Assembly (NCBI GenBank): GCA_021613535.1
Contig: CP075496.1
Location: forward strand, 12,276,001 to 12,340,000
DNA length: 64,000 nucleotides
Reading direction: 5' to 3'
Source: Adineta vaga
Taxonomy: Eukaryota > Animalia > Rotifera
Part shown: piece after piece, positions 1-14,000 of the stretch
How positions within the stretch are numbered: the stretch's first letter is position 1
Layout: the number at the start of each line of letters is the position of its first letter
The notes under the pieces: model-generated
What the model was told of the DNA's origin: nothing
Database searches by the model: none
The model's input: the letters and a program-made list of their open reading frames with translations, nothing else
Translations under genes and position numbers: made by a program

Positions 1-2382
1 TACACTTCATTTAAGTGTTGTGCAACAAATTGCTCCATATTTCCGTTTAAATACACGTGCACGACAAGAAGAATTCGCAAGATACTTATTTTCAACAATG
101 ACGAATACATCAACAAAGTAAAATACCATTTTTGAAGGTTCTCGTCTGTACTTTCGTTTTCTTTCTAGTACGAATGAAGAAAATGCTGGTCAAACTTCAA
201 CAACATCGACGAATGATTTAACACCAGTATTTCAATTTATTGATTCGATTTCAAAAGATTTATTGAATGATATTCCAATGTTAAAATATGATTTATATTT
301 ACAATTACTTCGTTTATCTGCACATCAACGACGAACTGATCTAACTACTCGATTAGCTGAACAATGTATTCAAGAAGATATTAAACTAGGTGGTTCAATG
401 AATGAAATTGATCTATCAACTGGCTATGCATTACCACGTGATGTAGTTGAACAATTAGCACGTTATAAACCAGGTGAATTATCGTGGAAAGAAAAATTAT
501 CAACGATCGATTTACAAAAAACAACTCTTCCAACTTTAGAACAAATTTATCAAGAAGCTAAACAAGATGGAAGATATCCATTTGATTTACAACAACGTTT
601 ATTAAATGTTTATATTAAAAAGAAATCAACTGAGCAAGCATTTGCAATCTTACATGAAATAAATTCCAATCGACAAAAGGTTCGTAGACTTATATTGAAA
701 TCTGTGCAACTCAAGAAGTTAATAATCAATACTTAAGACAGAATAACAGAAGATGTTTTTTCTGTTTAGATCGAATCACCAATTCTTCATCGTTTATTTA
801 ATCTTGTTACAGTGAAAATGGAAGATCAAAATGATACAACAAAAGCAGATCATCAGAATAATTTGAAATATCTATGTGATCTCTATGATAAATCCTATGG
901 GCTTGCTAATTTACCAACAGAATTAACATTTCGTTTAGCACATATGTCTCTTCTCAGTGGTGATCAAGAGAATGCAATCAAAATCGTTTCAAATAAAATC
1001 AATACAGATTTAAATGATGAAATTTTACATTATTTAGTCCAATTTCTTCAACTAAATTCATCTGTATTGACCAGTGATGGTTTAATATCAATCGGAAACT
1101 TATTTCTTAATTTCCGTATTAACGAATCAGTACGAAAATTTTGGAATTTATTTTTCGATATTCTTTTGGAAAAAACAAGTCCACAAGATGTCGTACAATA
1201 TTATTCGGATGCAATAAGAGAAAATAGCAACGTTCCTTATCTTCATCTCTTCGAAGTAATTAGTAATCATGTGTCAAGTAAAGAATAACAAAACAAAAAA
1301 TCTATTTTTATCTTTTAGTTATTGATCTCGAAAGATGAATTGAATCGTTTACAAGATATTGTTGATATAGCAATATTACAACATGGAGCACGAAATGTTT
1401 TACATGATCTTGGATTTAGTTTGATTCAAAGTGGTAAAATAAAACAAGCGGAAAAGATTTTTCAAACACCATGGTTGAAAGCAAGAAATGATCGTATTAA
1501 TTTACATTCGTTATTTTTTTCTGGTAATTAGAAAATCAAATCAAATAGAAGTCATTTATTTCTTATTAAACGTATATTGTTTTACAATTCTAGATTCAAA
1601 TAATCTCGATGCATTGATTAATGCCATTAAATTAACACGAAGTTTACCTGAAGTTGATCAAAACAATTATTTGCATCAGCAATTCGGTAAGGAAGAAAAC
1701 GACGAAAATTTTGATAAACGAAGAAAATGATTTCGTCTTCTGAATTTCAGTGTGGCTGTACGTCTCGATAGATCAGATGTCATCGATTGGATATGTAAAG
1801 AAATACAAGAAAATCAAGTTCAACTTGATATTCGAATTAAAAAGTATGTTCAATCAAAGCTATAAGAAAACTATGTAGAGAAACTTTTATGATCACACAA
1901 CACATACTATAGAATTTAATAGGACATAATTCACTTGCTATCTCTCTGTCAAAACAAATCTTGTTTGACATTTCATGCGCCACAACAGAAATGATATTCT
2001 CAGGTATAAACTTTATATATTCTCGATAATCCTCGATGATATTTATAAGCATAGAGTGCAAAGAAGGATTAGATTTTTTAAGATGATGTTTTATACTATT
2101 TATCTATGATGAATAGTTCGTTTTGACACTATAAACAATTCTATATTTACGTGTCTTTTTGATAATAAATTAAATTCTTTAGATTTCTCAATGCTCATCT
2201 ACTATCAAAAGGTCTTGATCCATTAAATATCGAAGCTCAAGAACATCGACAAAGAAATGATGAAAATCTCGCTGCTTTCGATGATACTGGTAGAAATATT
2301 GAATTATTGAAATAATTTCAATTTCTTATTTTTATTTTTAGCATCCGTCCAAGAACAGCCCAAGATGAGTGTGCGAAATTAG
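1..2382 (+). CDS. LRPPRC: LRPPRC-like mitochondrial PPR protein, 3' part (5' end outside window), multi-exon; one apparent frameshift at ~1660
   Basis: Spliced translation ...LQDIVDIAILQHGARNVLHDLGFSLIQSGKIKQAEKIFQTPWLKARNDRINL...WICKEIQENQVQL resembles the LRPPRC segment ([34 protein letters not shown]...VWNKIQEEN). GT-AG introns at about 118-168, 680-769, 1257-1318, 1524-1593, 1687-1750, 1844-2182, 2290-2341; TAG at 2380-2382. Confidence 0.75.
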
Positions 2383-2745
2383 ACATGAACAGTTTGTTAG
2401 GTTAATTTCTTTTGTCCCTCTCCGGTTTTTGTTTTGTTTTTTTTGTTTAATTGTGTTAAAATTTCTTTTTGTTTGTTCCGTTTTGTTTTCCTGTCGGTCA
2501 TAAAACATCCAGCATACTCAAAAATCAACATACACCTGTATCAATCATGAAAAATTTACAATGAGATCAACTGATAAGTTTTCAGCATTAAGAAAAAAAT
2601 CCGGATTTATATTTGAGTCAGGATAATGTGCTTTTTTTTCTCCTTATTTTATGACCTTTGATATTTTATGATGAAAATAAAACCCATCCATGGTACAATA
2701 AAAGCATACAGACAGCTACAGAAAGTTTTAGAGTTATAAATAAAA

Positions 2746-5530
2746 ATGAATATATTTATCTACTTCTTGTTTGTATTTTTACAAATATATCTAGTTCAAG
2801 TACGAGCAGATCAGTGTGAATTAATATCAAATGATGATGATGTTCAATTAACAACAAATATATTTCTTCAATCACGACGATTCTGTAATTCAGCTCATTT
2901 TCCAGAAGAAAATACACGACAAGTATTTATATCCGGTCGTCTGGTAGATTATACAACACGTTGCGAACGCAGTATATCAAAAGCTGATATTGAAATTATC
3001 CATATACAATCAGGTTATCTTCCAATTTGTCGTGAACTTCATCATACAAATTCACGGGGCTACTATAGTTTATCAACTTTAGTTACGATACCATTATCGG
3101 GACAACTTTTCTTACGTGTTACATCACCTGGTTATGAAACTATTTTGAGAAAAATTACTATACCATCATCACAAAAGAAACAGAAGAATATTTTTCTCAA
3201 ATTTCAATTAGTAATGACACTTAGTCCTGTACGAGTTGAACAGCAAAAGGAGCAGCGAATGGATTCAATTGTTGATACTTTGATGTCTCAGATGACATTG
3301 GAAGAAAAAATTGGTCAATTAAATCTTGTAACAGTTGGTTTTGATGTAACTGGTCCAATTGTTAGTGAAAATGTTGATGAAAATATTCGCAAAGGTCGTA
3401 TTGGTGGTGTATTTAACACATTTACACCAAAAGCTGTTCGTGGATTACAAGAGCTTGCTATAAATCATACACGTTTGAAAATTCCACTCATTTTTGGTTA
3501 TGATGTTATTCATGGTCATCGAACAATCTTTCCCATTTCATTAGGCATGAGTACAACATGGGATATGGCATTAATTGAAACGAGTGCTCGTATTGCTGCT
3601 CAAGAAGCTACAGCAGATGCTCTGAATTGGGTATTTTCACCTATGGTTGATATAGCACGTGATCCACGTTGGGGTCGAATATCTGAAGGAGCAGGTGAAG
3701 ATTCTTGGCTTGGTAGTCAAATAGCAGCTGCTATGGTACGTGGATATCAAGGATCAGATTTAACACGATCGAATACAGTAATGGCATGTCTTAAACATTT
3801 CGGTTTATATGGCGGGGCCGAAGGAGGACGTGATTATAATACGGTTGACATGAGCCGTATAACAATGTATCAAAGTTTCCTACCACCTTATCATGCAGCT
3901 GTTGAGGCAGGTGTTGGTAGTGTTATGACATCATTTAATGAAATTGATAGTATTCCAGCATCAGCAAATCGATGGTTATTACAGGATTTATTACGCGAAC
4001 AATGGAAATTTAATGGATTTGTTGTTACTGATTATACTGCAATTAATGAAATGACTGAACATGGTATTGGTGATTTACAAGAAGTAAGTGCACGTGCATT
4101 GAATGCTGGTGTTGATATGGATATGGTTGGTGAAGGATTTCTTACTACATTACAAAAATCTTTACAAGACGGAAAAGTAATTGAATCAACAATAAATCAA
4201 GCATGTCGTCGAATTCTTGAAGCAAAATATAAATTAGGTTTATTTGATGATCCATATCGTTATTGTGATGAATCACGACCAGAAACTGATATCTTTACGA
4301 ATGAAAATCGTTTAGCTGCAAGAGATTTTGCTCGTCGTTCGTTTATTCTCCTTAAAACAGATCGACGAACATTACCATTAGCAAGATCCAATTCAATAAT
4401 TGCTCTCATCGGTCCATTAGCAAATGATCGTCGGAATCTAATCGGTAGTTGGAGTGCAGCTGGTGATTGGCGTCAAAGTGTGAGTGTACGTGAAGGTATC
4501 ATGAAACTTGTTGGAAATCAAACACAAGTTTTATATGCTAAAGGTTCGAATATTATTGAAGATCCATATATATTACAACAATTAAATGCACACGGTGGTG
4601 AAATTGAAATAGATCAACAATCTTCTCAACAATTGATTGATGAAGCAGTCGATATAGCGAAAAAATCTGATGTTGTTGTTGCTGTTGTCGGTGAATCACA
4701 AGGTATGACAGGTGAAGCAGCTAGTCGAGCTGATATTGGCTTACCTGAATGTCAAAAACGTTTACTTCAAGCATTATTTGATACGGGTAAACCTGTTGTT
4801 ATTGTACTAATGAATGGTCGACCAATGACATTAACATGGGAACATCAATATGCAGCAGCAATTCTAGAAACATGGTTTGCTGGTACTGAGGCTGGTAATG
4901 CCATTGCTGAAGTATTGTTCGGTTTTTATAATCCAGCTGGTAAACTTACTACCACATTTCCACGTCATGTTGGTCAAATTCCATTGTATTACAACAGTAA
5001 AAACACAGGACGACCATTTAATGCTACTCAATTTACAGAAAAATATAAAGTAAACGATGAAAAGCGAAAACATACAATTTTATTTTCTACTTCAAACTTT
5101 TTCTCTTTAGAGTCGTTATTTAGATGTGCCAAATGATCCTTTATATCCATTTGGTTATGGTCTTAGTTATACCACATTTGAATTTGGACAAATATCTGGT
5201 GATAAATCAGAACTTCGTGGTGATTCGGATCGTTTAACAGTTCGTGTTCCTATTCGTAATACTGGTGCTTATGGTGGTGAAGAAGTTATTCAATTATATA
5301 TTAGTGATCCAGCCGCAAGTGTCACTCGAGCTGTACGTGAATTAAAGAATTTCAAAAAGATTTTTCTTCGTGCACAACAAAGTGAAGAAGTTACATTCGT
5401 AATAACAACCAATGACTTGAAATTCTATAATACTAATCTTGATTATGTATGGGAAGAAGGAGACTTTATAATTCATGTTGGTCCTGATTCGGTTAATACT
5501 CAATCAGTACGAGTTAAATGGCTCAAATAA
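2746..5530 (+). CDS. Secreted GH3 beta-glucosidase (BglX-like) with extra N-terminal beta-sandwich domain; one intron 5050-5110
   Basis: Signal peptide; MTLEEKIGQL, DVIHG, ARDPRWGR, KHF, nucleophile motif VVTDY, PLYPFGYGLSY and C-terminal FnIII-like domain (EEVIQLY...RELKNF). A 61-nt GT-AG intron joins ORF 2746-5136 to ORF 5126-5530 in frame (KYK|SRYLDVPND). Confidence 0.93.
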
Positions 5531-8500
5531 CATTCGAGTATTAATAAAAGCAAACTTTCTTTTCTTAAAATTATTTTATTTTAAAGAACAAATAAATTTT
5601 AGTATACTTGTGTGTGAATCTAAACTCAGGTGTTTCCATGTAGATCTTCTGTCTAATCTTTATGGAACTAATTACTTGAATTTTAGTATGAACTATTACC
5701 ATAAATACTGTCAATTGAACAGTTGATTATATATTGATGAAAAAAACGTTAATCTATGCGTTGCCTAAATCAAACGCAACGATTAAATATAATCAGACGT
5801 TTATTGTTCTCTTTCATCATAAATTTTTCATGACATTGTATTGCCTTCTTTTATGCATTACGTGAAGAAAAATCAAAATTTCAAATTATTAACACTGTCA
5901 TTACAATATAATTAGAGCAACCATGAAAGTCTTAGATAGTTTGATTAACAACTTAGATGACATTTCTGTAAGCTATTGTACATTCGTTCCATACTATAAG
6001 TTTACACAAGAGTAAATGTACCGTTTGAAACATCACGTAAAAATATTTCTTCGATTTTGTTGTTTGCAAAATTTAATATAGCATTGTAAGCAGTTCTCTG
6101 ATTAGTCACCAGCTGTGGCTTGTGTGCTGACACAAACTTATTCATTTGGTTCGTATCATAAATTATTTTATTCTTTAACTCAATAATACTAGGTCTTTAA
6201 ATATTTCATATAAGATAAGAACAAATGGTACGGTACGTGTATATGAGAGAATAAAAACAAGAAGCAAAAAACAAAGAAATGTATTCCTGATAAAAAACAT
6301 TCATAGGAATATAACGTGTTTTGTTGTGGATTCTTCTGCTCATTCTAGCACATAGTTTTCTCTAAGAAATGAAGAGATTAATGTCTGATTGAACGTGTTA
6401 AATGGATGAATTAGATTTATCTCAAGATCTTGTTTTCATTTTCATTTTCTTAGTAAAACTTCTATTGTCCCAAGTTTAAAAAACGTGAAATTCTATGATA
6501 CATCATCCTTAAACTAAGCTTCTAATGAAAAATGTTGTCGTCGATGATTTATAAAATAATTAAAATGATCATTTTCTAAATGAATTATTCAATAAACGAT
6601 TATAGAATTTACTTTATACTTTATGAATTGTAAAATAAGAAAACATTCAGTCTTTAATTGAAAATTGAACCAACATATTTTTGATATTTTCTTTATTCAT
6701 CAAAGATAATAAAGACTACTTGTAGAACAATTATTTACATTTACGAAATGATTATTTCAGTTTGTATAACATGGTCTGTTATCAACTTTCCTAGCCGTTA
6801 TAATTTGGTCAGTTGAAATCTATTAAATGACATTGATTGTTCTGCATATACGCATACATGATGGATGCTTTCGTAAGCATTCTAATCATTCTCTCATGCC
6901 GTGCGTTTGTCTCACATTTGTTATTATTTCAAACAGCTTTTTTCTTCTTCTAACATAGTGAAGTGCTTGTGTATAATATTGTATATTTTTAAATGTGATG
7001 AGTATGGCAAAAATCAACATTCTCTTTCAGAAGTTCATTTATTCATTTTATTTCTCCATTGACTCGTCTGAATGATTGATAGATTGATTGTTCATTGTTT
7101 GGCCTTGAAAATCTTTCGACATTTTCTTTTCTTTATACTTTATTTTAATTATTTATTCGATTTATCTTTTTCATCAACGTTTTAAATTTCTTCAAATATA
7201 TTTAATTCAAAAGATTGTCCCACCCTTTCTTCTTCTTCTTGACATGCATGTAGATATATGTATGTGCACATATGAAAGGGTCACTTGACAAGCTTCTCTA
7301 ATCGGATATTATTTCATTTTTTATATTCTTTTACTTTTGTACTAGTTATTCAATAAATTTAACAATATACATTGCTAAAATCAATAGAATAAATGATAAA
7401 AACTTGGCATTGAACATTTTCGTTTCTTTATTAAGCGTAGTGTATTCATATATAGATATGTAGATATATTTATATGCATATGTATGTCATACACGGTTGA
7501 TTTTTCTTCTTTTTTCTTAAACTATAACGATTGATTGACGAAAGAAATAAAGAAAGAGAAGTATAGGTAATTTGCTACACGAATCAAACTTCAATTGTTC
7601 GGCTATATAACGTGGCCAATCGACGTATATAAACGTCGTAAATTATAGCCTATGAGACGAAAGAAGAGAAAGGTGATTGTCGAGAGATAACATACACGCA
7701 CTTATAATGTAAACGTCAGTATATGTGTGTATGTAATTAGTGCATAGATGAATATAGACATACACTAATAATTTGCATCAATATATTTAAGCATGAGACA
7801 CACTTGACTTGAAAAATGAAGAAGAAGCAAAGGTTTTTTTCATGTCATATGTCTTTCACATTTTCTCAAAATGAAGCAGATAATATTTGTTTATGGGAAA
7901 GAAAGCGTTTTGTTTGTCTACACTTTCACGAATAACTACCAGTGAGATGAATTCTGTTAACTGCAGACAAGAAATATCAAAAGGCTATTCGATACTTCTT
8001 TCTTTCATTTTTTCTTCATATTTTATTCTTTTTTTTTCTCTATTTCTTTTATTGTTTGTATGAAAGAAACCTTTCTTATGCTCACTTATTCTTCTATTCA
8101 AATCTGGAATGTCACTTTTGTTGAGAATTATTCAAAACTAAAAGAGCAAAGATTGAATGTTTACTTGACAGATGACATTGTCCGTTTCTTTTTCTTTTTC
8201 TTTTTCTTCTGTTCTCTCCTTCTTTATGTCTGCTAGAACTAATTGTCTTAATTCATAATTTACTCGCATAAATGTAGATTTGATGTCGGTTCAATATGTA
8301 TATTGACGAAACAAACACAACACTTGATTTATTTGTTAAACGTTTTTTTTATGCTGATAGGAAAAAGAGACAATAAAAGGTACCGCTTGATAGTTTTTAT
8401 GAAATATTTAATGAGTAAATTGTCATTCAGCAGACTACATGGTAATGATTCAATCAAGTAGAGAGCAATGAATTTGTCTAATAAATAATATGATTATCAG

Positions 8501-9868
8501 ACGAAAAAAAAGGATTGTTATTAACAAGAAAAATGTATACTGGCAAGTGTCAAAGTCAAACTCGACAAAGATGTGAATATAAAGTGAGGTGCGAAGACAA
8601 CTTGCTGTGATGCCCGGTTAATGGGACTAATTTGAAAGAGAGCTCTTCTTAGTCAGCATGATTCTCTCATTCAGCCTTCACGCACGATTCTGTATATTAT
8701 TATTATTATAGAAATTTTGTTAGCAGAAGTTGTGATACTTTGCTTATGTTTCTTTGTCATCATCTCTCCAATATAGCCTGTTGCCTTTCATTCACATGTC
8801 GATTATTATATAGAAGGGTAAAGAGATCTGTAACTTCTCATATTCCGCCTTTCTTTCTGTAGTATGTATTTCTTGCTTTTCTTTACCCTCGTCAACTTCT
8901 TTCTCATTGGTGGAGTCGTTCATCCTATCGTGCCACCAATCATGACCATTCTAATTATCCATTCCGTTCGACGACAAGAACGATGACGTTGAGTGGAAGA
9001 GAAATATAGAGAAAGAGAAAAGAAAGAAGTATTGATTCGTACCTTAATTAATCTTTTCTGTTCTGATCCAGAGTGTTAGTAACAGTAGTAAGGTTTTGAG
9101 TACGAAGAAAAAGAGAGAGATTGGTAATCGAGCACCAATAGCAACCGAGAGACAGAGAGAACGAGAGAAGAAGAGAATCGTTCGCGTCTCGTGTATGCGT
9201 TTATTAGGCGATGGCTGTCTTACAGCTATTATAAAGCAAACGCAAATGTAGAGAAGAGAAAAGAAAACAGTATGATAAAAAGAAAATGATACTGAAACTC
9301 AATTCGACGACGAACGAGAATGAGACGAAGAAGGAGAAAAAAATGAGAGAAAGAGAGAAGCGAGAAAGAACAACATTAAGACATAGAGACACTCTACCCA
9401 CCACCGAGAAAATGATATACATCCAACCTGCGCGCGAGCCCGAAAAAAAGAGAAGAAGTGAGAGAGAGAAAAAAAATATATATATATATATATATATTCA
9501 CTACCTCTCTCAACACTTAACGGTACATTGCGTTAAAAAGCAACGAAGAGAAATAGAGAGAGAGAGAGAGAAAGAGAAATAATACAAAGAACTATCGAAA
9601 CACATACGACAAGTGATACCGACAGTCGATAATCCTTTCTTTTTCTCTATCGTATTCTAATGCTCGATTGACTTTGGACAAAACAAGACAATTAATAAAA
9701 CACATCTGACAGGTTTGTTTCGATCAGTTCTAATTGATCAATTGAAATCAATAGACAATAGCATCACTTTATAATACGATAAACAACATCGAATAATTTT
9801 AGTTTTTTTTCATTTATTTATAGAAAACCTATTCATTTGTTTTATTAAACCACATATAAATCGTCAAA

Positions 9869-11051
<1,183 letters not shown>

Positions 11052-14000
11052 AGAGCAAAACGAAATAAAAACATGCACACATATACAAAAAAAATTCGTC
11101 TCCCGGTGCTCTCTCGGTAAGGGAGACTCTTATTGTATCTATAAATATTTTCTTTCTCTTTTCTTTTTGTTCAGTGATTTTTTTTCCTTCTTTTTTTCTT
11201 CATCGTTTTTTGCTGTTGTTATTTGCTATTCTAATACTATTACTATAACTATTTCACCTAGCTTTTCTCTTTTTTCTTTGTCGCTTTGATTCAGATGTTT
11301 CATTTTGTTCTCTTCTTCTTTTTTCGCGTTTATGAACAACAATTTATCGAATCACCAAAAAAATAAAACATATATATCAATTATGAGAAAAGAAAGCCTA
11401 TGGATAGATACAATGGCCGTGTAATTGACAAATGTTTCATTGCTCTCGTATGCCAGTTGATAAACACATCAACGTTTGTTTTTACTAGATCGTCTCTCTA
11501 ATCGTTTGAGCGAGCGTATGCGGCTCCGTTCGCTTTCTCTTGTAATTATCCGATTCGCACGGATAAACATGCCGTTAGCCAGAGAGACGAACAGACGATT
11601 TACTTATCTATCTTTTTTCTCTCTTTTTTTCTCCTCAGTCTAGTAACTTGTCGTTTCTTATACTTCTGCTCCTAATATATGTCATTGACATCTCTTTCTT
11701 CTATCTAAAGAAAGAAAGATATGGAGAGAAATTGGGATAATCATTATAATTGACGCTTGTCTTTTCCTATTGAACGAGAAAAAGAAAATAAAATTATTTA
11801 TACATTAATTTTTCATTAACAATCTCTTAATCGACAAATGAACATAGTTATTCATACTAGTTTAGTGTTATTGAAATCGATTTCTTTTTTTTTCTTTTTT
11901 GCGAAATCATCTATGTATATCTATACATGTGTAGTAGTGAATGATTGGTTGAAAAGAGAAAAGAAAAAGTTTAATCAGGCGGTAAATGCATCGAATCAGA
12001 TTGTTGAGATGGAGAAAGAGGCAGAAATCAATGATGGTGATATAGCGTGCAGTCAAGGAGAAGGCCGACACATTCATATTAATTGCAATAGTTCGTTATG
12101 TAAACGTTTTTTTTTACATGTTAAATGATTGAACAGATGATCAAGAGAACAGCTCACTGAAGGGTGCCAACTAAATTCGTTTTGATCTACAAATTTCAGA
12201 TTGTATTATCATTATGAGTTATTCTTGTTCAAAGTTTCATCGTTTATATCTCGTCTTTAACAAATTAATTATAAAGTTTTCTTTTCTATGTGAAAAAAAG
12301 ATGTACATTTCGATGTTTAATGATGATGTAACTCTTGTCATCATTATCAACACTATGACATTATCAATATATCTATCTTCCTATCTACGTATCACGCTTG
12401 TATGTGTCGATCACTTGTCACCTTGCCCATCTTTAACACAAAATCACAAGTTATATCTTCAGGGATGAAAAAACTTTGCTTTCTCGAACATTTTTTCAGT
12501 CATTCAACATACGCAGATTAAATTTATATGATTACTAATGAAAAGAGAAGGTTTGCCTTCGTATTACATTTGCTTATATCTAAAATCGAGAAATCAAAAC
12601 GAAGTAAAGATATCTTTGTATTCTAGCAATGAAGAAACTATATAATCGTCAATCGTTTTGATAATATAGATAAATGAACAAAAGAAGCATGCAATAATTT
12701 GTATATATAGTGTTCATGTTTCACATCCTCAGGGCGTGAGATGATAATGAAGATTGTTCTATTATTATGATTGTTGTTGTTGTTATTATTATTATTATTA
12801 TTATTCTTAAAGAATTAGAATGGCAACTGGTGAAAGATCTAGTAGAGAAACGAGAAAGAAAAATCTGACATAGATAATTATCCGGCATACATATATAGAT
12901 AGAAAGGACAAGTGGTAATGTCTGAACAACATAGAAGAGAGAGAGAAAGAAAGAAAGAAAGTCGTCAACTATCTAGCTAAAGCAAGAGTATGTGTCTGCT
13001 GAAGGCATTAATCTGTGGTGAATTTCCAAGTAATCGAATTGATTATAAATCAGTCGACGAGAAGGAGAACGATCTGCCGCTAGGCAGACAGAATGAAGAA
13101 TCAGATTTCATCAGATGCATGTGAGTGTCGATGTTGAGACGTTTATTTTTTTAGAACGCACGAGATTGCGGAAACTATTTCGATGTTATATTACGCTCTC
13201 GATCTTCAAGGCGGAGTAGAAGAAGAAGAAGAAAAGGAGAAACTCTAACTATCGGACAAGAAGAAAAGCGAAAGAAAAAATTAGGATGAATGATCCTATC
13301 GTCTTTTGATATGGATGATTAGCTACATAGGCGAATGCAAGACATAGATTCTCGTCATGTATGTGCGTCACTGGGTGTTAAATTGGGGCGCGTTGTCGTC
13401 GATAGAAGGAAATGGAAGATAATCTTGTTAGCTACATCGACCGATCATCATCACTACCATCATCATCATCATCATTATTATCATAGGCCATCAGTGTGAG
13501 ACGACAGTAGATAGAGAGAGAGACTGATTGATTTCCGTACCCAGATGTCCAGAAGAAAGAAAACGAAGATGACAATGAAAGTCTGTCCATCATAGCTAAT
13601 GTGACTTATTAATAATGTTTTATCTATAGTTTCAAGTTATATATTATTTTCAAATCGGATATTTCGAAGCCTTTCTTTGCCTATATTGATATACAATGAA
13701 ATCATTTGAACAAACATTAGTACAAGAGTCAGTTTTGATCATCGATCGATTGTATCCATTGAACAGCAGTTCTCCTCAGCATGAGCTTAAATAAATAGAC
13801 TAATCAATACTCATAACATCATCTGTTCCAATGTATGAATAAATGAATGAGTAAATTTGTCAGAACTCTTTCTAACACATACATGATCCAATATTATTTT
13901 TTCGAAATGTATTGATCTTTACAAAAGACTATTTATAAATTCTTCTTCTACTCATTGAACAGGTGTTAGAATGTATGCACTTATAATCAGTGATCATCAT

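Noticed and set aside
118-168. Apparent in-frame stop at 119-121 in LRPPRC-like gene
   Set aside because: Falls inside a 51-nt GT-AG intron that preserves the frame.
2746-5530. Bacterial contamination as the source of the GH3 gene
   Set aside because: Has a spliceosomal intron, host-like AT-rich codon use, AATAAA after the stop, and metazoan neighbours.
9204-9582. ORFs 9286-9582 (+) and 9204-9422 (-)
   Set aside because: Produced by GA/TA microsatellite-rich promoter sequence; no domain or splice support.
11508-11536. Short GC-rich hairpin after Six3/6 polyA region (another at ~13073-13088)
   Set aside because: Stems of 6-9 bp are too short to support a miRNA or ncRNA call.
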